From Alphaproteobacteria bacterium (GTDB lineage Bacteria > Pseudomonadota > Alphaproteobacteria > CAAHEQ01 > UBA3637): 37,119 bases of DNA. The notes below the pieces were generated by a model. That model searched no databases, was not told where the DNA came from, and saw only the letters and a program-made list of their open reading frames with translations. A program made the position numbers and the translations under genes. Position 1 is the first letter of the stretch. The number at the start of each line of letters is the position of its first letter. Location: assembly GCA_900772625.1 (NCBI GenBank), contig CAAHEQ010000099.1, forward strand, positions 1 to 37,119, in the 5' to 3' direction. Shown in pieces: positions 1 to 7,550 of the stretch.

Positions 1-1782
1 GAAAATCACCGCGCGAGCTGTAAAGGCGGGGTCTGTGTTTGCCGTATCTAAATATGACGAAAAAGCACTAGCCAATGTTTGGATCGTTTCAGATTGAAGA
101 GTGGGATTTTCCAAAGCCTGCAAGATTTCTTGCAACGCGAACTCTTGCCCAATTTCATAGCGGTTAAACAAATCCGAGTCATGGGAAATAAGGTGCAGCG
201 CGTCTTGTTTGGAATAATCCATATCGACCGTAATCGGTGCAGTGAAGTGGCGATTAAATGACAACACGGGGCGAGAAGCGATATTTTCAAAAACAAACGT
301 CTGTTCCTTTTTGTCAAATACCAGCGTTTCTGCCACCATGTCGTTGCCATTTTCATCCACTAAACCGATGTCAATTGGCATCATAAACACGGCATCAGAG
401 CCTTTGATTGACTGGCTTAGGGTTAGTGTATAGCGCTGATTTGCCGCATCGTAATGCGCCATTACTTTTACTTCGGGTCTGCCCGCAACCGAATACCAAT
501 TCATAAATGGTTTTAAATCGATGTGATTTGCGTCCTCGATACACTTGACGAAATCATCAATTGTGACGGCTTGCCCATCATGGCGCGAAAAATACAAATC
601 AGTGCCTTTGCGAAAGCCATTCCAGCCAACGAGCTTTTCTTGCATACGAATCAACTCTGCGCCTTTTTCATACACGGTTGTTGTATAAAAGTTTTCGATT
701 GTTGCAAAACTTTCGGGACGAACAGGGTGTTTTAAAGGGCCGTCATCAGACGGGAATTGGTACAGCTTTAACGCATTAACATCATCAATTCGCTTGACGA
801 CTTTGGAACGCATATCGGAGGTGAATGTTTCATCGCGGTAAACGGTAAAGCCTTCCTTCAATGATAAGTTAAACCAATCACGTGCCGTCACGCGGTCACC
901 GCTCCAGTTGTGGAAATACTCGTGCGCGACAACACCCTCGACAAACTCGTAAGTCGCATCTGTAGCGGTGTCTTGATCGGCCAGCAAGCACGAATCGTTA
1001 AAGATGTTCAAGCTTTTGTTTTCCATTGCGCCTGCGTTAAAGTCCGAAACTGCCACAATGTTGAATAAATCCAAATCATATTCGCGGCCAAACTTATCCT
1101 CGTCCCACTTCATCGCGCGCTTGAGGCTGTCCATAGCATAAAGCAATCTGCCTTCTTTGCCTTTTTCGCAGTAAATGCGCAAATCGACTTTGCGGCCTGA
1201 GCACGTCTGAAATGTATCCTCGATATGTCCCAAATCGCCCGCTACCAAAGCAAATAAATAAGAGGGCTTTGCGAACGGATCATGCCAGACGACCGTATCG
1301 CCTTCGTCCTTGATTTTGTTGCCATTCGACAGCAAAACAGGGTATTTTGCGCGCTCGGCGTGAATAGTGACGGTATAGACGCTCATCACATCTGGGTGGT
1401 CGAGAAAGAACGTAATGCCACGAAAGCCCTCGGGCTCGCATTGCGTGCAATAAATGCCTTTTGACATATAAAGCCCCATTAAACGCGTGTTTTTGGCAGG
1501 TGCGATTTGCGTTGTAATTTCCAAAGTACAACTGTCTGCCAATCCCGTTATTGTCAATGTGTTGTCGCTCAGTTGATAATCTTGATATTCTTTGCCGTCT
1601 ACACGCACAGACAAAAGCGTCACATCTTCTCGGCCATTGAGTATCAACGGCGCGTCATTGATTTTTTGCAAATGCAGTTTGCTTTTAACAATGGTCGCTT
1701 CTGGATTGAGCGTGAAATCTAATTCTGTAGCGCTGATTTTATAATCGGGCGCGCGATAGTCTTTGCGATAAGTCAGTTTCAT
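1..1782 (-). CDS. pepN: aminopeptidase N (M1 family); the C-terminal part runs off the left edge
   Basis: Absent from the ORF track because it is open to base 1. My translation from the ATG at 1782..1780 gives MKLTYRKDYRAPDYKISATELDF... It contains the GAMEN motif and the zinc motif VAHEYFHNWSGD, followed by LKEGFT. It stays in frame for 594 codons down to position 1. Confidence 0.93.
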   Translation of the reverse strand, partial: MKLTYRKDYRAPDYKISATELDFTLNPEATIVKSKLHLQKINDAPLILNGREDVTLLSVRVDGKEYQDYQLSDNTLTITGLADSCTLEITTQIAPAKNTRLMGLYMSKGIYCTQCEPEGFRGITFFLDHPDVMSVYTVTIHAERAKYPVLLSNGNKIKDEGDTVVWHDPFAKPSYLFALVAGDLGHIEDTFQTCSGRKVDLRIYCEKGKEGRLLYAMDSLKRAMKWDEDKFGREYDLDLFNIVAVSDFNAGAMENKSLNIFNDSCLLADQDTATDATYEFVEGVVAHEYFHNWSGDRVTARDWFNLSLKEGFTVYRDETFTSDMRSKVVKRIDDVNALKLYQFPSDDGPLKHPVRPESFATIENFYTTTVYEKGAELIRMQEKLVGWNGFRKGTDLYFSRHDGQAVTIDDFVKCIEDANHIDLKPFMNWYSVAGRPEVKVMAHYDAANQRYTLTLSQSIKGSDAVFMMPIDIGLVDENGNDMVAETLVFDKKEQTFVFENIASRPVLSFNRHFTAPITVDMDYSKQDALHLISHDSDLFNRYEIGQEFALQEILQALENPTLQSETIQTLASAFSSYLDTANTDPAFTARAVIF

Positions 1783-2504
1783 TTTTTCACCTTTTTATTG
1801 AGATCTGTTTTTGATTGCACAGGCTTTGTAGTCATTTTGACGCTAGATGTCTTTTTGATTTTGGAAAGCTCGCCTTGCCAGTATTGGCTGCGTTCGAAGT
1901 TGGCAGGCACATCAGAACCACCTGCATAAATAGATATTAAAGAAATAATTGCATTTTGATGACCTCTTTGAGCCGCAGCCTCATAAAATGTCAGCGCTTC
2001 AAAAGGACGCGCTTGTCCGTTATAGCCACGTTCCAACCACACAGCGCTTGCATACAAAGCATCAAGGTGACCTTGCGCGGCCGCCAGCAGGGCGTAATTT
2101 AATGCTTTTTCCTTGTTTTGTGCAACGCCTTCGCCACGGTCGTACATCAGCGCAATTTGGTATTGCGATAAGGCGTGCCCCAACTCGGCGGCTCGTTCAA
2201 AATAAATAGCGCCTTGCAAAGCGTTTGGCTTGTTAAATTCGTTGTGACCTTCAATTTCCAATTTGCCCAGCGTGTAATAAGCTTGTGCATTTTTCGATTG
2301 GGCTGCCCTTAAAAGGTGAGTACGTGCTTGCCCATATTCCGCGTTTTGAAGCGCAAGCATCCCTTGCGCAAAATGCTGACTTGGCGTCATTGTCGCGTTT
2401 TTGTAGATCGGCAAAATGATGATGAACAAAAACAACAACAAAAATGCAGCAATCCAAAACACCGCTTTGACAGGGCGTGCTTTTTTGACTTTTTTGAAAA
2501 ACAT
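1779..2504 (-). CDS. Sel1-like repeat (SLR/TPR-family) protein with an N-terminal membrane anchor
   Basis: 241 aa. Hydrophobic N-terminus (AVFWIAAFLLLFLFIIILPI). Several Sel1-type repeats follow (AQAYYTLGKLEIEG..., AAELGHALSQYQIALMYDRGEGVAQNKEKALNYALLAAAQGHLDALY...). SD AAGGGAG lies 7 nt upstream of the ATG. Its TGA overlaps the pepN ATG (ATGA). Confidence 0.85.
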   Translation of the reverse strand: MFFKKVKKARPVKAVFWIAAFLLLFLFIIILPIYKNATMTPSQHFAQGMLALQNAEYGQARTHLLRAAQSKNAQAYYTLGKLEIEGHNEFNKPNALQGAIYFERAAELGHALSQYQIALMYDRGEGVAQNKEKALNYALLAAAQGHLDALYASAVWLERGYNGQARPFEALTFYEAAAQRGHQNAIISLISIYAGGSDVPANFERSQYWQGELSKIKKTSSVKMTTKPVQSKTDLNKKVKK

Positions 2505-2586
2505 TATCTACTCCCTTCATTTAAAACTTGCAATACAACATAATATAAGATATATTGAGCCAAACATCAACAAAAAAAGAAAGCAA

Positions 2587-3885
2587 ATGAGCAACATTTT
2601 TATTTTTGATAAATACGACTTTGATCCTCAGACAGGCATATTGGCTTTACACTATCAAAAAGAGGCGTATCATTTTGTTGAAACGATTACTTTTCCAAAT
2701 GCTCCATTGCATTTGTCCGATATGGCTTTGCAAGCGTTGGACGCCATTTTCCATTTGGCGCACATAGCGGCGGGGATCAGCTATTACAAAGCCTTTGCTG
2801 GTGCCGATATTCAAATCAACACGTGTGCACTTTCAAAGCCTGAAGCCGCATTTTTTAACGATTTTTATTTTTATGGTTTGGGGCAGTTCGCTTATCAAAA
2901 TAACTTAACACTTTCATTTGATTTTCCATATTCGGATAAAGCGCAAGAAAAGCCTTTTGCGCTCGACCTTGCTGACGCGGCGTTTGTGCCTGTGGGAGGC
3001 GGCAAGGACAGCTCTGTGACAACCGAGCTTTTGCGTTTGGCGGGTATGCCCTTGACGCTGGTTTCCATTAACTCTGCACGCCCGATTGAGGATTGCAAAA
3101 AGGTTGCACACCTGCCACAGATGGTAATCTTGCGCCAAATCAGCCAAGTGTTGTTGCAAAACAACGCCCATTTTTTGAATGGACACGTGCCTATTACTGG
3201 GATTTTAGCTTTTATTTTGTGGGCAGCAAGCGTGATTTACGACAAGCGTTTTGTTGTGATGAGTTGTGAAAAAAGCGCGGACGAGGGCAACTTTAACCAC
3301 GTCAACCACCAATGGAGCAAGTCATCACAATTCGAACAAAGCTTTTACCGCTTAACGCAATCAATTACGCCGCAGTTTCGGTATTTTTCGCTTTTGAGGC
3401 CTTTTTCGGAAATGCAAATTGCCGCCTTGTTCGCCGAATATTGTGCAGATTATTTTGATGTGTTTACAAGTTGCAATCATGCTTTTCATATTGATACGCA
3501 AAAGCGCCTTGAGCGTTGGTGTGGCGCGTGCGATAAATGCCGTTTTGTGTTTTTAATTCTAGCACCGTTTATCGAACGAAACAAGTTAATTGATATTTTT
3601 GGCTGTAATCCATTGAATGACCCAGCGCAAGAGCAGGGGTATTTGGAATTATTTGGGTTGGCGGGCTTTAAGCCATTCGAGTGTGTCGGCACGCTGTCCG
3701 AGTGCCGCTTAAGCTTAATCAAGCTTTCGCAAAAGCCCGAATGGAAAGACGATTTTATTGTCAAAAAAATGATAAAATCCATAGATTTATCGCAAGAGGA
3801 AACTTTGATGCGGCAGGTGTTTTCTCCCTCGGACAGCCCGCTTATCGAGCAAAGGTTTATAAAATGTTTGAAGATAAAAAAATAG
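2587..3885 (+). CDS. murL: PP-loop ATPase-like protein, candidate UDP-MurNAc-L-Ala-L-Glu epimerase (MurL-like)
   Basis: I chose the internal ATG at 2587 (MSNIFIFDKYDF...). The tracked ORF start at 2416 overlaps the divergent Sel1 gene. About 432 aa. PP-loop-like motif VPVGGGKDSSV and a C-terminal Cys cluster WCGACDKCRF. The gene overlaps the downstream MurD-like ligase by 22 nt. The family call is from memory of the Xanthomonas MurD2/MurL pair. Confidence 0.55.
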   Translation: MSNIFIFDKYDFDPQTGILALHYQKEAYHFVETITFPNAPLHLSDMALQALDAIFHLAHIAAGISYYKAFAGADIQINTCALSKPEAAFFNDFYFYGLGQFAYQNNLTLSFDFPYSDKAQEKPFALDLADAAFVPVGGGKDSSVTTELLRLAGMPLTLVSINSARPIEDCKKVAHLPQMVILRQISQVLLQNNAHFLNGHVPITGILAFILWAASVIYDKRFVVMSCEKSADEGNFNHVNHQWSKSSQFEQSFYRLTQSITPQFRYFSLLRPFSEMQIAALFAEYCADYFDVFTSCNHAFHIDTQKRLERWCGACDKCRFVFLILAPFIERNKLIDIFGCNPLNDPAQEQGYLELFGLAGFKPFECVGTLSECRLSLIKLSQKPEWKDDFIVKKMIKSIDLSQEETLMRQVFSPSDSPLIEQRFIKCLKIKK

Positions 3886-5123
3886 TCATTTGGGGCAACG
3901 GCCGTGAAGGCAAAGCACTTTGTTCATACTTTGCATCACAGGGGCGTGATGTGCCTGTGATAGAGGGCAAAGACGTTGATTTTACGGGCTATGATGTTGT
4001 GTTTAAAAGCCCAGGGATCAGCCTTTATACACCGTGCTTGCAACGCGCGTTGCAAGCAGGCGTTATGGAGTTTTCGGCGACAAACTTGTTTATGGCGATG
4101 CGCCCAAAGACAATGAAAACGATTGCTGTGACTGGCACAAAAGGTAAAAGTACTACTTCATCATTATTATATTACTTGTTGAAAAATAAAGGATTTAATG
4201 TTGGCTATGGCGGCAATATTGGCAAGCCTCTTGTCCAGATGATTGGCGATACTTATGACTATTTTGTTGCCGAGCTTTCCAGCTATCAGTGTGCAGATTT
4301 ACGCTATCCATTTGATATTGCGGTTGTGACAAACTTGTATCCAGAGCACATCGATTGGCACAAAACGCACGAGCGGTATTATGAAGATAAGCTCAACTTA
4401 TTGCGCGTTCGTCATGCGGGGCAAAAAGCGGTTATTAACTGGCAAAACACGGAAACGTTGGTACGGACAAAAGATATGGCCGACTTATTATATTTTAACG
4501 CGCCAAATGCTATTCATTTGTCGGACGGATTTGTTATGGATGGCAGTAAGCCTTTGTTTAAAACGGCTTGCATAACAAACCTGAAAGGTGAACATAATTT
4601 TGAAAATATCTGTGCCGTGCTGACGGTGCTCAAAGCGCTCGGGATTGATTTGGAAGGCATTGAAAAAGATATTGCAACCTTTGAAGCTCTGCCTCATCGC
4701 TTACAAACCGTGGCAAATGTTCAAGGGGTGCAATATGTGGATGACAGCATTTCAACAACGCCTGAAACAGCTTTGGCTGCTTTAAGAGCCTTTGAAGCTT
4801 GCGCGCATCATATTTATTTGCTCGTAGGCGGTTATGATCGTCAACAAGACTATTCCATTTTGCTGGACTATATACGCCAAAATGCATTGGATTTGGTGAC
4901 GTTGATTACAATGCCTGTGACGGGAAAAAGAGTGGCTAAAAAAGCCAAAGAAGAGGGCGTTTTGTTTATTGAAACTGCCTCCGTTTCGGATGCAGTGCAC
5001 ACAGCACAAGCCGCCGCCGTTCAAGGTGATGTTGTGTTGTTATCCCCTGCTGCGCCAAGCTATCACGCTTATAAAAGCTTTGAAGAGCGTGGTGCGGATT
5101 TTGCCGCCGCGATTGAAAAATAA
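3864..5123 (+). CDS. murD2: Mur ligase family, MurD-like UDP-MurNAc-L-Ala:glutamate ligase outside a dcw cluster (MurD2-like)
   Basis: Start taken at the ATG at 3864 (MFEDKKIVIWGNGREGKAL...). Rossmann-type GNGREG, Mur ligase P-loop GTKGKSTT, MurD-like DDSISTTPE, and LLSPAAPSYHAYKSFEERGADF at the C-terminus. It is coupled to the upstream PP-loop gene. Confidence 0.75.
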   Translation: MFEDKKIVIWGNGREGKALCSYFASQGRDVPVIEGKDVDFTGYDVVFKSPGISLYTPCLQRALQAGVMEFSATNLFMAMRPKTMKTIAVTGTKGKSTTSSLLYYLLKNKGFNVGYGGNIGKPLVQMIGDTYDYFVAELSSYQCADLRYPFDIAVVTNLYPEHIDWHKTHERYYEDKLNLLRVRHAGQKAVINWQNTETLVRTKDMADLLYFNAPNAIHLSDGFVMDGSKPLFKTACITNLKGEHNFENICAVLTVLKALGIDLEGIEKDIATFEALPHRLQTVANVQGVQYVDDSISTTPETALAALRAFEACAHHIYLLVGGYDRQQDYSILLDYIRQNALDLVTLITMPVTGKRVAKKAKEEGVLFIETASVSDAVHTAQAAAVQGDVVLLSPAAPSYHAYKSFEERGADFAAAIEK

Positions 5124-5197
5124 TCCATTATTTTGCGTATTGCTACAAAAGTTTTAAGCGCCATTTTTTTTATAGAGGTCTACTTTTTTATTGACGT

Positions 5198-5305
5198 CTA
5201 TCTGTTGGCCCCCATTTTTATCCGACACGCAGTACACTGTCCACAACGGACTTGTCGAATTGTGTCAAACTTCGTTTTTACCAAAGTAGGATAGGGACAT
5301 TTCAT
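5198..5305 (-). pseudogene. truncated N-terminus of a rolling-circle replication initiator (Microviridae VP4-like), 35 codons
   Basis: GGAGGT lies 8 nt before the ATG. Translation is MKCPYPTLVKTKFDTIRQVRCGQCTACRIKMGANR*. The pattern C-x-x-P...CGQCxxCR resembles the conserved N-terminal motif of gokushovirus Rep proteins, which are normally about 300 aa. Confidence 0.3.
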
Positions 5306-5346
5306 AAACGAATACCTCCACGCATTTTACGGTTAATTGAACGAAT

Positions 5347-5406
5347 TCAGCGGCCTTTGCGAATAATTCTACGCAAACGGCGAGCCTTAACTCTCATTCT
5401 ACGCAT
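5347..5406 (-). CDS. 19-aa arginine-rich peptide (microvirus DNA-packaging/J- or ORF8-like)
   Basis: AAGGAGGTG lies upstream. Translation is MRRMRVKARRLRRIIRKGR*. It sits immediately before the Rep-like stub, as the small basic ORF does in gokushoviruses. Confidence 0.25.
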   Translation of the reverse strand: MRRMRVKARRLRRIIRKGR

Positions 5407-5422
5407 TCCACATCACCTCCTT

Positions 5423-5602
5423 TCAAATTGTATCGTTGTTAATTTCGGCCAAAATGTCGGCCATAAGCTCTTTATCTTCACTGGGCTTAATCACCAATAA
5501 CGCACGGCGCAGCAACTTTTCTTAACGCTCATACGCAAGTTTCCAGCGGTGAATGACTTGAGCTTGATTTTCAAATAAAGTTTTAAACATTTGTCTTTTC
5601 AT
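5423..5602 (-). pseudogene. small ORF interrupted by an in-frame TAA (unknown function)
   Basis: AAGGAG SD at 5612-5617 (shown as ctcctt on the plus strand). Translation is MKRQMFKTLFENQAQVIHRWKLAYER*EKLLRRALLVIKPSEDKELMADILAEINNDTI*. The internal stop is at 5522-5524. Confidence 0.3.
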
Positions 5603-5618
5603 AATTTTTTACTCCTTT

Positions 5619-5646
5619 ACTATACATAATATAAATTATGCGACAA
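5619..5646 (-). other. dif-like XerC/XerD recombination site
   Basis: The minus strand reads TTGTCGCATAA-TTTATA-TTATGTATAGT. E. coli dif is GGTGCGCATAA-TGTATA-TTATGTTAAAT. That is 20/28 identical, and 18/19 across the core CGCATAAT.TATATTATGT. Confidence 0.5.
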
Positions 5647-6011
5647 TTATATGAGAGAAAAAGAGGGGCGGTATATATAACTTTTCTTTTGTTTTCAATG
5701 TGTTATAATGACAAATCAATCCCCTGTGGATAACTTTGTGAGTAAGTTTGTTGCAGTGTGTGGAAACCTTTATTGAGAATAAAAAACCTCGTCTTATGTT
5801 GGAAAATCGGCTCAGCTGTATCACTAATCTGGGACAAAATATCGCCTATAGCTTTCCTATATCGCGCGTAAACGCTTTTGCGGCAAGGACAGATTTCTTT
5901 GCTGAGTTTTAGTGGCATTGAGATGCGGTTAATGCTTTTTATTTAACGGGCACAGTTTTACTATTTTGCGAAGCTCTGGTACAGGAACACGAAAAATGTC
6001 CAACTTTTTTC

Positions 6012-6030
6012 CGAAAGCCCTCCTCTTATT
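6012..6030 (-). repeat. copy 2 of a 19-nt 'stop + strong SD' module
   Basis: The minus strand reads AATAAGAGGAGGGCTTTCG. It is 17/19 identical to 6196-6214. No usable start codon or ORF follows. Confidence 0.5.
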
Positions 6031-6195
6031 GCTGGTATGAAAACTGACAGAGCGTTTCGCAATTTGTTATCAGTCTCCAGGCTTGGACGTTTGCTAATTT
6101 GGTTTTATCGCAGATTTCACTTTATGAATGTCGTTCCTGTTATTTAGCTGCCGCATCCCACTATAAAACGAAACAAAGCGTCCGCTAAAGGTTAT

Positions 6196-6214
6196 CAAAA
6201 GCCCTCCTTTTATT
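6196..6214 (-). repeat. copy 1 of a 19-nt 'stop + strong SD' module
   Basis: The minus strand reads AATAAAAGGAGGGCTTTTG. It is 17/19 identical to 6012-6030. Confidence 0.5.
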
Positions 6215-6432
6215 AAATCTGTATTATGCTCAACATCGGTAAAACGGACGCATCGGTGTTCCGTTGAATGCACGAATTTTAGCGTTCTTAGAGATAAGAG
6301 CAACGATGCAAAATTGCCCCTCCCCCTGCTCTAGTATTGGAAAGCTATTAATTATGTTTTCTGATAAAAGGCACCAAACTTAAGTTAAATTTGATGCCCA
6401 TAATAAATTATATAAGCCGTTAAAATGCGGAT

Positions 6433-7275
6433 TTAAGACTTTTGACCTTGCTTAACTTTGGCTAAATTCGCGACATTAACGCCATTTTTGTCCGATTTTT
6501 GCAAAGCCAATTTCCGTGCCAATTTCCGTTCAACATTCTTTTTGGCTAATGCCAATTTCCGGCCATTTTCAACATTCTTTTTGGCCTCGGACGTCCAAGT
6601 ATATTCGTTATTCAAACGCTTACGGGCGCTGTCGATAGCAAAATACATTTCATCAACCGTTTCGATTTTACCAAAAGCATAATATAGTAAAGCTGGTTCG
6701 ACAACATTGTGCGCATCGTGTTCCATACGTTGCGGGTTTTTGTAATTTTTATTTTGCGCATCTGCGCCAAAGCCCAGACTATTGAACGTCAAAATGTCCT
6801 TCAGACCATCGCCAACAAACTGGTGCGCTTCACCAAACACATTATTGTGATCACGAAAAGCATGCGCCATTTCGGGGATCAGATCGGAAAAGCAACCAGG
6901 CACCAGCCAAATCGTGCCACGACCAAACAACGAAGGCTCATAATGCGGCGTTTTCTGCTGCTTTCCTTTTTCAATGATTTTGCTCATTAAGTTCATATTG
7001 TCATCTGTTTGTTCCAGAATTTCAGGATAGCCACTCAACCGCGAAAGCGTGTACATACGATTGAGCAGTTCGAGTGCGCCTTCTGGATCTCTGCTACAGT
7101 TTTTTGCAAAGCGTTCCAAATTCTTTTTCGTTTCCTTACTTTGCGGAGAAATAAGCTCTTCATACATATTGCCAAAAACCGCCAGTTGTTCAGAAGCAGG
7201 AAACTGTGAAATTGCGGACCTTTCTTTGCCGTTAAACGAGTATGTCGCAAGGCCCTTTTGTCGTGCTTGACGCAA
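6433..7275 (-). CDS. orphan hypothetical protein; probably frameshift-disrupted, with the true start likely at the ATG at 7361
   Basis: The 280-aa ORF starts only at a TTG with no SD. A better start (ATG at 7361, preceded by AGAGAGAGAGAAAT) lies in another frame. The two frames join by a 1-nt change at the A6 run at 7283-7288. I recognised no family. The C-terminus is Lys-rich and repetitive (KKNVENGRKLALAKKNVERKLARKLAL). Confidence 0.5.
   Translation of the reverse strand: MRQARQKGLATYSFNGKERSAISQFPASEQLAVFGNMYEELISPQSKETKKNLERFAKNCSRDPEGALELLNRMYTLSRLSGYPEILEQTDDNMNLMSKIIEKGKQQKTPHYEPSLFGRGTIWLVPGCFSDLIPEMAHAFRDHNNVFGEAHQFVGDGLKDILTFNSLGFGADAQNKNYKNPQRMEHDAHNVVEPALLYYAFGKIETVDEMYFAIDSARKRLNNEYTWTSEAKKNVENGRKLALAKKNVERKLARKLALQKSDKNGVNVANLAKVKQGQKS
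6506..6585 (-). repeat. imperfect tandem repeats inside the 3' end of the orphan gene
   Basis: gccaatttccgt occurs twice in perfect tandem (6506-6529), with a third near-copy at 6551-6562. tcaacattctttttggc occurs twice (6530-6546 and 6569-6585). Confidence 0.8.
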
Positions 7276-7493
7276 TGCAGTATTTTTTCGCCACCCAACA
7301 AAGTCGCACCCGCGGTAAGCCGCGCCATTGAAATGCTCGTTAATTTATTCTTCAGTCCCATATTTCTCTCTCTCTTTACGATTTAGTCTGCATACTTTTA
7401 TATATTTATTGTAGCTTTATTATCAGCAAACGTCAAAACAATTTGGGGAAAAATAGCGCCGCCCTGCTCGGTCTCAGAGCCCAAAAAAAGCAC

Positions 7494-7527
7494 AAAAAAA
7501 ACTCCCCTGCCCGTCAAGGCAGAGGAG
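7494..7527 (-). terminator. intrinsic terminator of ppdK
   Basis: The minus strand reads CTCCTCTGCC-ttgac-GGCAGGGGAG. This is a 10-bp stem with one G-U pair, followed by T8. It starts 24 nt after the ppdK stop. Confidence 0.8.
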
Positions 7528-7550
7528 CTTTTCGTATCCTTTAAAAAGAA

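Larger units (their letters stand above)
5198..5646 (-). mobile_element. decayed remnant of a Xer-dependent integrated element (microvirus-like module plus dif-like site)
   Basis: Three consecutive minus-strand mini-ORFs have unusually strong SDs (AAGGAG, AAGGAGGTG, GGAGGT). One is interrupted by an in-frame stop, one is a 19-aa Arg-rich peptide, and one is a 35-codon stub with a CGQCxxCR motif. The SD of the first ORF directly abuts a 28-bp dif-like site. Confidence 0.35.

Noticed and set aside
2416-2586. N-terminal extension of the murL ORF (MMMNKNNNKN...). The murD2 ORF has a similar extension at 3681-3863, and the ABC-F ORF has one at 12237-12296.
   Set aside because: The extensions overlap neighbouring genes or promoter DNA and are low-complexity. 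Internal ATGs give N-termini that match the expected family starts.
5117-5140. Possible second, degenerate dif half-site at the murD2 stop (ATAATCCATTATTTTGCG). Another possible one lies at 6396-6420 (CATAATAAATTATATAAG).
   Set aside because: The central spacing is wrong (4 nt instead of 6) or the arm matches are poor. In AT-rich DNA these are not distinguishable from chance, so I do not claim that the element is flanked by two sites.
5252-5500. 82-aa Arg-rich plus-strand ORF
   Set aside because: It is the mirror image of the minus-strand mini-ORFs. It has a TTG start and no SD, and the minus-strand reading has strong SDs.
5725-5733. Perfect DnaA box (TGTGGATAA, the reverse complement of TTATCCACA), with a 7/9 second box about 30 bp away: possible origin?
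   Set aside because: A single perfect 9-mer is expected by chance at roughly 0.3 per window of this size. There is no dnaA or hemE context and no cluster of boxes, and the adjacent dif-like site points to the terminus rather than the origin.
7283-7288. Programmed -1 ribosomal frameshift at the A6 run of the orphan gene
   Set aside because: In the upstream frame the run reads GAA AAA ATA. It does not form an X XXY YYZ heptamer, it is too short for efficient transcriptional slippage, and I saw no downstream structure. A mutation or a sequencing error is more likely.
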